Shown here in pieces: positions 58,439 through 64,000 of a DNA stretch of 64,000 bases. Position 1 is the stretch's first letter. Each line of letters begins with the position of its first letter. The notes under the pieces were generated by a model. That model did no database searches, was not told the DNA's origin, and saw only the letters and a program-made list of their open reading frames with translations. The position numbers were made by a program, and so were the translations under genes. The stretch spans positions 1 to 64,000 of the forward strand of contig QPMI01000109.1 of assembly GCA_004431415.1 (NCBI GenBank), read 5' to 3'. Origin of the DNA: Cyanophora paradoxa CCMP329. Its lineage: Eukaryota > Plantae > Glaucophyta.

Positions 58439-61400
58439 ATGGCTCGCGTGAATACGCGGGGCCGTATCTGGCGAGCGCGTTTCCTCCTGTTCATCCACGT
58501 CGTTGCTCTGCAGCTAGCCCTGGGTGCGGCAAACGCCGTTCAATACGACGCCGTGACGAGCGGCCAACGAGCAGCAAAGGACCCCACACCCTCAACCTCG
58601 GCGGGTGCATATAGCAGCTGCATGCGCAGTGATCCCACTGCCTGACTATATATGATCATGATCATGATACGCTCAAATAATAATCTTGAACTCCCCAGGC
58701 TCTTCCCCACAACGGAACCTACCTTCGGTCGACGGCTAGAGGGCATTTACCGGTTCTGCGTGGACCTAATCAACAATAGAACGGACATTCTCCCCCGACA
58801 CCGCCTCATCCCAAAAGTGTACGACACGGGTGCGCACGCATGCGCACTGCATGCCGGCCAGCGCTTTGCTCGACTTAAGATTGCAAGAAACGACGACACA
58901 CGCACCTATATATTGCTTTGCACACCTCTTTGATTTGGGTTCGCCACTGTTCCTTGGAAGATCACTAATTGCGAAGCAGACTTCGACAACTCGCAGGCGG
59001 CCCAGGCTGCTATGCTGCTTCTCTCAACGAGCCCCATCGCGACAATCGGCCCAGTGACGTCGCGGACGGCGAAGCCTGCGGCCAGTGTCTTGGGGAAGTA
59101 CGAAGTTACGGCCGTCTCTCCCTCAGCGACCGACCCAGATCTCTCAGAGAAGGTTTGCAAACCTGTGGCCAGTGCTGCAGCGTGCTCACGTTTCTTGAAT
59201 GACGTTCCGGGCCGGGGGTCGCTGTAGAGCCAGTATAAATTCTTCGCAAGGACTGCGCCGTCGGAGTGCGTATAGATCTTTTGTTTTCTTTTTCCATCTA
59301 CGGCTAGCGCTTGCATTTCGCTGCGGAAATCAAACGCGTATGCGACGCTGACTCGAGCTCGCGGGCAGCACGCTGCAGGGGCGCGCGCTGGCCCGCCTCG
59401 TGCTCGCCCTCGGCTGGAGAGCCGTGGGCCTCCTCAGCGCCGACGAGGCTTACGGTTCGCCCCGAGCGCGAGCGCTCATATAGCTGATCATGATCATAGT
59501 ATGAGCGCGCGATGCTAACAACGAACCAATCTCACAGGTCAGAACCTCGCGAAGGTGTTCCAAGAGGAGGCGCAGGTGCGCTTTTCCATCGATTTTGTGT
59601 AAATCCGCAAATCGTTCGGAACCGGCACCGGTCCCGCAGCTCATCGGTTTGCGCGTCCTGGCCTGGGCCTCTTTCTCGCCTAGTACGTCTGTTTTGAATC
59701 CAGTTTTTGATTCGATTTCTTATTTCTCGTCCGGGCATCATGATGACGTTCCTCCGCAGGCGACGCAGAAGTTGTGAGCCCATTGTCAACGCTGAAGAGC
59801 GCCGGGGCGCGCGTCATCTGCGTGTTCTACGCACAGGCGCGACAATTTTCTGCCAAACACCATAAGCACTATTGCGGAGACCGCGTTTTGAGCTTCTGAG
59901 TTGCCTAACGCAGGCGTACCACAAGGTCTTCACGAGCGCACAGAAAATGGGCATGATAGGTGGGCGTAGCTTATGCATGCTTTGCACTGTTTTCTCATTC
60001 AGTTGCAAGTGTCTTCTCGAGCTCCGTTTTCCCTAATTCAACGTGCCCAACAGGCCCGGACTATGTATTTCTGGGGGGGGATACGCTGACGACGGGGTTC
60101 CCTTTGGATGAAATTGTAAGCTTAAGCTTATCGCCGAGCGTCAGAAATGAGCTAGTCAGAAACTGATTGCTCTCACAGGGGGACATAGTCGAGGGTACCC
60201 TAGGTCTTCAGCCCGACAGCGCGATTGTGCGCATATTTCGATCGATATATCCGCGCGATTGCTTTCCTCGCTCACTTTTGCGAGGAGGATGCTGCGCCGG
60301 CGCGTACGTTCATCGAGGCGTTCAAGAGGCAGAGCTCGGCCGCGTACTACGGAGCAGGCGAGGTCATCTCCGACCCCTACTTCCTCTTCACAGCCGGTGC
60401 AGCACCCGCGCCCGGCCTGGCGCGCCCTTCCCTTGGCTGCAGTTCCCTGAAGCTGTTGTTGCAGACGCGGTAAACGGTGCAGCACCTCCTCCGGATCCCC
60501 GTGCCCCCGGCCCCTTCGCGGCATTCCTGACATGCATATATGCCGCAGTCATCGCCAACGCGCTGCACACGCTCATCGAACGGGGCGTCGCCCTGAACTC
60601 GAGCTACTCGCGGCCCGGCGAGCTCTTCAGCGTGAATCCATTCGGCAAGCAGGTTCTGGAGGCGGTACTTGAACAGAAGGTCGCCGGAATCACGGGTCTG
60701 GTGGAGCTCGACAAGAACGGCGACCGGCTCGGAAACTTTGTGCTCGTGAACTACGTCAACAGCGTGTGGAAGCCGGTCTGCCACCAGCTCATGCATATAC
60801 AGATACAACATAACAGATACATAACGCATATCTTCGAGGATCTTTCTTATCTTGTAGCGCGCGGCTTTTAGGTCGGCAAGCTCGACAACACAGGCGTCCT
60901 GACGCTGCTTCCTGCACACGTGGCTACGATCAAATGGCCCGGACCCAAGAAGCCCTTTGACGGATCATGCGTTGCGGGACAGGCCCCCAATCAGAAGGGC
61001 CTCTGCGAACCTTGCGACAGCGGCTCCTTTGCGCGGGTCGGGTTTGCCACCTGCGAACCTTGTGCGTGCTGTAATGCGGCTCTTATCTAGTATGCACTTG
61101 AGCGCGTTTCGCAACTACTAATCATGATCATGATCGTGATCCCGCCCGCAAACAGGCCCACCGGGCTCTTTCGCGGGCGTGAGCGGGAGCGACCGCTGTA
61201 TTCCTTGCGCGCCTGGAACCGCAGCCGCGAGCATTGGCTCTGCGGTTTGCAAGCCATGTGCGTAGACCTTTTTCCTGCTGCTGCAGGATCCTTAAGAGTG
61301 CGCATGCGCTCACGCTTTTCCAGGCGAGCCGGGATTTTTCGCATCCCAAGTCAACTCCACATCATGCACGCCATGCCCAAGGGTTTGTATGACGCTACTG

Positions 61401-64000
61401 GCTGCATACTTTTCGTTGTTAAAGGTTTCGAGGCTGAAAGTTGCACGGCTCGGGCAGGGATCTTGGGAAAACCGTGTTGGCAGCGTGGCCTGCACTCCGG
61501 CGGACTACACGGAATTCGTTTCAGAGGAGGCAGCAAGCAAGGTCGGAATTCTCATTCGTAGCGCTTCGATCCGCTCCAACTACGTCGACTGCGCAGGCTG
61601 CCAAATGCCCTGAGAACTCCCTCGCAAACCGCGTTGGCAGCAGCAACATCTCGGAATGCATGTGCTCTACGGGCTACTACAGCACTGAGCTGCTCGACGG
61701 CCGAGCTTACTCCGAGTGCAAAAGGTGTCCTTTTCCTGGGGGCATCTGCAGGGGCGGTCCAGCTCTCCTCGTCGAGCCGGATTACTACCGACTTCCCTGG
61801 TCCTATTCCACCCTGGTGAAGTGTGAGCACAGCGGCTGCGCGGGCGGAAACGCGACCGGACACGCCAACCAGTGTCGAGACGGCTTCCTCGGCACTCTCT
61901 GCTCCACCTGCGACGTTCGTTTGTTTCATGATCGATATCTTCGCAATCTCGTTCGCGTTTTTAATTAAAGGCTCTTTAGTTCGGCTACGGGTCGATCGGC
62001 GGAGGCGGAGAGGCCACGAGCTGCGTGCGATGCGCAAATCCTGACGTGCGTCTGCTGTGCGATGGCAGCTGCAGCTGCAGTCGCGAAACGCATTTGTGCG
62101 GATCCTGATGTTGGATGCTGGCGCACATGCGATTGCAGATTTCCGCCGCGATTGTCTTTTTCAGTGTAGTTCTTATTATCGTGGCCGCTGGCGTAATGTC
62201 GTGGTTTGCAATTCGATCTGCCTTTACGTGAGTGACTGCCATTTACATGTCGACGTCCCCAGTGGGCCGACCTGACATGGATTCCGTTCGCAGTACTTCC
62301 TCTCAAGTTTCCGTCATCCTCCGCATCCTTATCAACCACCTTCAGTGCCCTATATTTTATTCGACGTGCTGCAATTGCACGGGCGCGCGGTGTTCTGAAG
62401 CTTTTGCGCATGCCTCCCTCAGATTCAATAGCTTCGTGCAATCAATCCCGCTTCGGTGGCCAGAGGTGATCGCCCGCATCCTCCGCATCGGCGGCTCCGC
62501 AAACAGTCCGTTCACGTCGACATTCCGCATACTTAGCGTCTCGACTACAAGCCTCTGAGCGGACGTCGCGTGTCCGCAGATCCCATGGACGCATTCATCT
62601 CAATCGACTGCATCATGGCCGAGCGGCCGGTGAGGCACTGTTAGACGCGGTCTCGATCGTGAATTCAAACGGGTTGATCATACTTGTGATTTAACACGCA
62701 GTACCAACGCGAGCTGGTGTACTTTTACAAAGGTTCGCGTACTTTCACGAGTATGATAATGAGTTCAGTTGATCACATCTTAAAGCCGAACTAAGAAGCC
62801 CGCACGTGAATCAGCTGCGGGATATCTCTTTCTGCCTCTCCTTGCCATCAGTCTGGTGCGGCAATCCGCCATATAGCTACGTAGCTAGACCTGCTTGCGT
62901 TCGAAGCTGAAGTGCTTATATCTTTTCATTTTTGAAGCCTGTGGTTGCCGTGTCGATCATGGCCTGGTTTTCAGTCTTCCGTGCACGACGGGAAGCTCGG
63001 CGTTCAAGTTGTGACCTGAGCCAGTGCGCGCAATCGCCCGTATTCTTGTGTTCGAATTCGAGCTGTGATGCCTCCCGCCCGCCCAGGGGTACCGGCACCC
63101 CTGGTCCCAAGTCAAACTCAATGAAGCCGCTGAATTCGATGCATTCAAAAGTCAGTCCCGCGGCATCGGTATCAGACCACACAGTTGCAGCATGCGCAGA
63201 TCTAGACGACGCCAGCTTAAGACAAGACGGCCCCACGAACATTGCCCGGAAGCGCCGGCTGGAGGTGCCCTCTACTTCACCTATCGTTTTTGTATGGGTC
63301 CACCTATCTATATATATATATATCTAGATTTATGCTTGTTTCCGGGTATAAATATTTCAATTTGCATCCGGACACAAAAATTTAGTCGCCTTCGCAGCGG
63401 TCTGACAGCACATTGTCTTTGATTGCGAGGCGGGTTTCGCAAACGGTGTGGCCACATCGCGAAGTGTGAGTCCTGTTTACATTCAATGCCAGCAATAGCT
63501 GTGGCGCTATTCGTTTGTTACATTTTCAGCGTCGCCCTGCAGCTGGATGCAGTCATTGAGACACGCACACTCGGCTCGCAGGAATTCGAGTTCGACCTTC
63601 ACGGCCCTCCGACAGCCTAGCCTTGTCGGCATCATCTCTCCTTCTCAACGCTTCGAGCCTTCGTGGCCTGATTATTACGTCGTCATAACGATGGTCTCTA
63701 TTTTCCTGGTGATCACGTGCATGGTTTCCGTCCTCTTGCTGGCATTTTTTGCGGCTCTCATTATCACTACAACCGTTGACGTGCACATCTCATGCTGCGT
63801 GCACGTGCACGTAGGTCTTTCCGATGGTCGCGGCCAAGGCACTGGACATCTTCCGCTGCAAGACCCTGTCCGGCGATGGATTAACCAAGTCCTTCGTTCG
63901 TAGCAGCATGAATATCCTGGTGAGGCCTGGCCGGACGAATTAGAATTCGAGGCTGTGCATGTCACGCATGTGATCATCTATGCGCGCACAGTGCTTCTCG
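58439..64000 (+). CDS. Host receptor-like protein: signal peptide, Venus-flytrap (ANF-receptor) domain, Cys-rich repeats, multi-TM region; incomplete at window end
   Basis: 'VDLINNRTDILPRHRL..YDTG', 'IGPVTS..AVSPSATDPDLS', 'FFARTAPS', 'GITGLVELDKNGDR'; 'CPENS..ECMCSTGYY..CKRCP..CRDGFLGTLCSTC'; hydrophobic exons downstream. Confidence 0.8.

Noticed and set aside
17563-64000. Assigning the host species
   Set aside because: GC-rich, short-intron style suggests a protist, but no marker gene in the window allows identification.

Overview
The window has two compositionally distinct parts. (1) 1-17562 is an AT-rich, intron-less, gene-dense segment that reads as the right-hand part of an endogenous dsDNA virus of the double-jelly-roll lineage (Polinton-like or dwarf NCLDV-like). 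It carries an A32-type packaging ATPase, an NCLDV-style major capsid protein, two head-to-head penton-like genes, a patatin-discoidin fusion, five fibre-like genes (four share an N-terminal module and carry different tips), a DUF723-like Zn ribbon, a prokaryote-type AdoMet decarboxylase and a 1.1-kb non-coding end with hairpins, inverted iterons and a 28-bp inverted repeat. Many viral genes are split by single-base frameshifts. No polymerase, helicase or integrase is visible; these presumably lie left of the window. The element appears to sit 25 nt inside an intron of a host ankyrin-repeat gene. (2) 17563-64000 is GC-rich, intron-dense eukaryotic (protist-like) host DNA. It contains an ankyrin-repeat gene, an F-box/LRR gene, two large head-to-head paralogous PAS-domain membrane proteins (TmcB/C-like) with patchy identity and intron differences, several MITEs, chains of apparent transposon excision footprints, a 4.2-kb foldback-type element with a nested CACTA-like MITE, and a Venus-flytrap/Cys-rich multi-TM receptor running off the right end. 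All family assignments come from recognising motifs by eye, not from database searches, and host gene boundaries are approximate.
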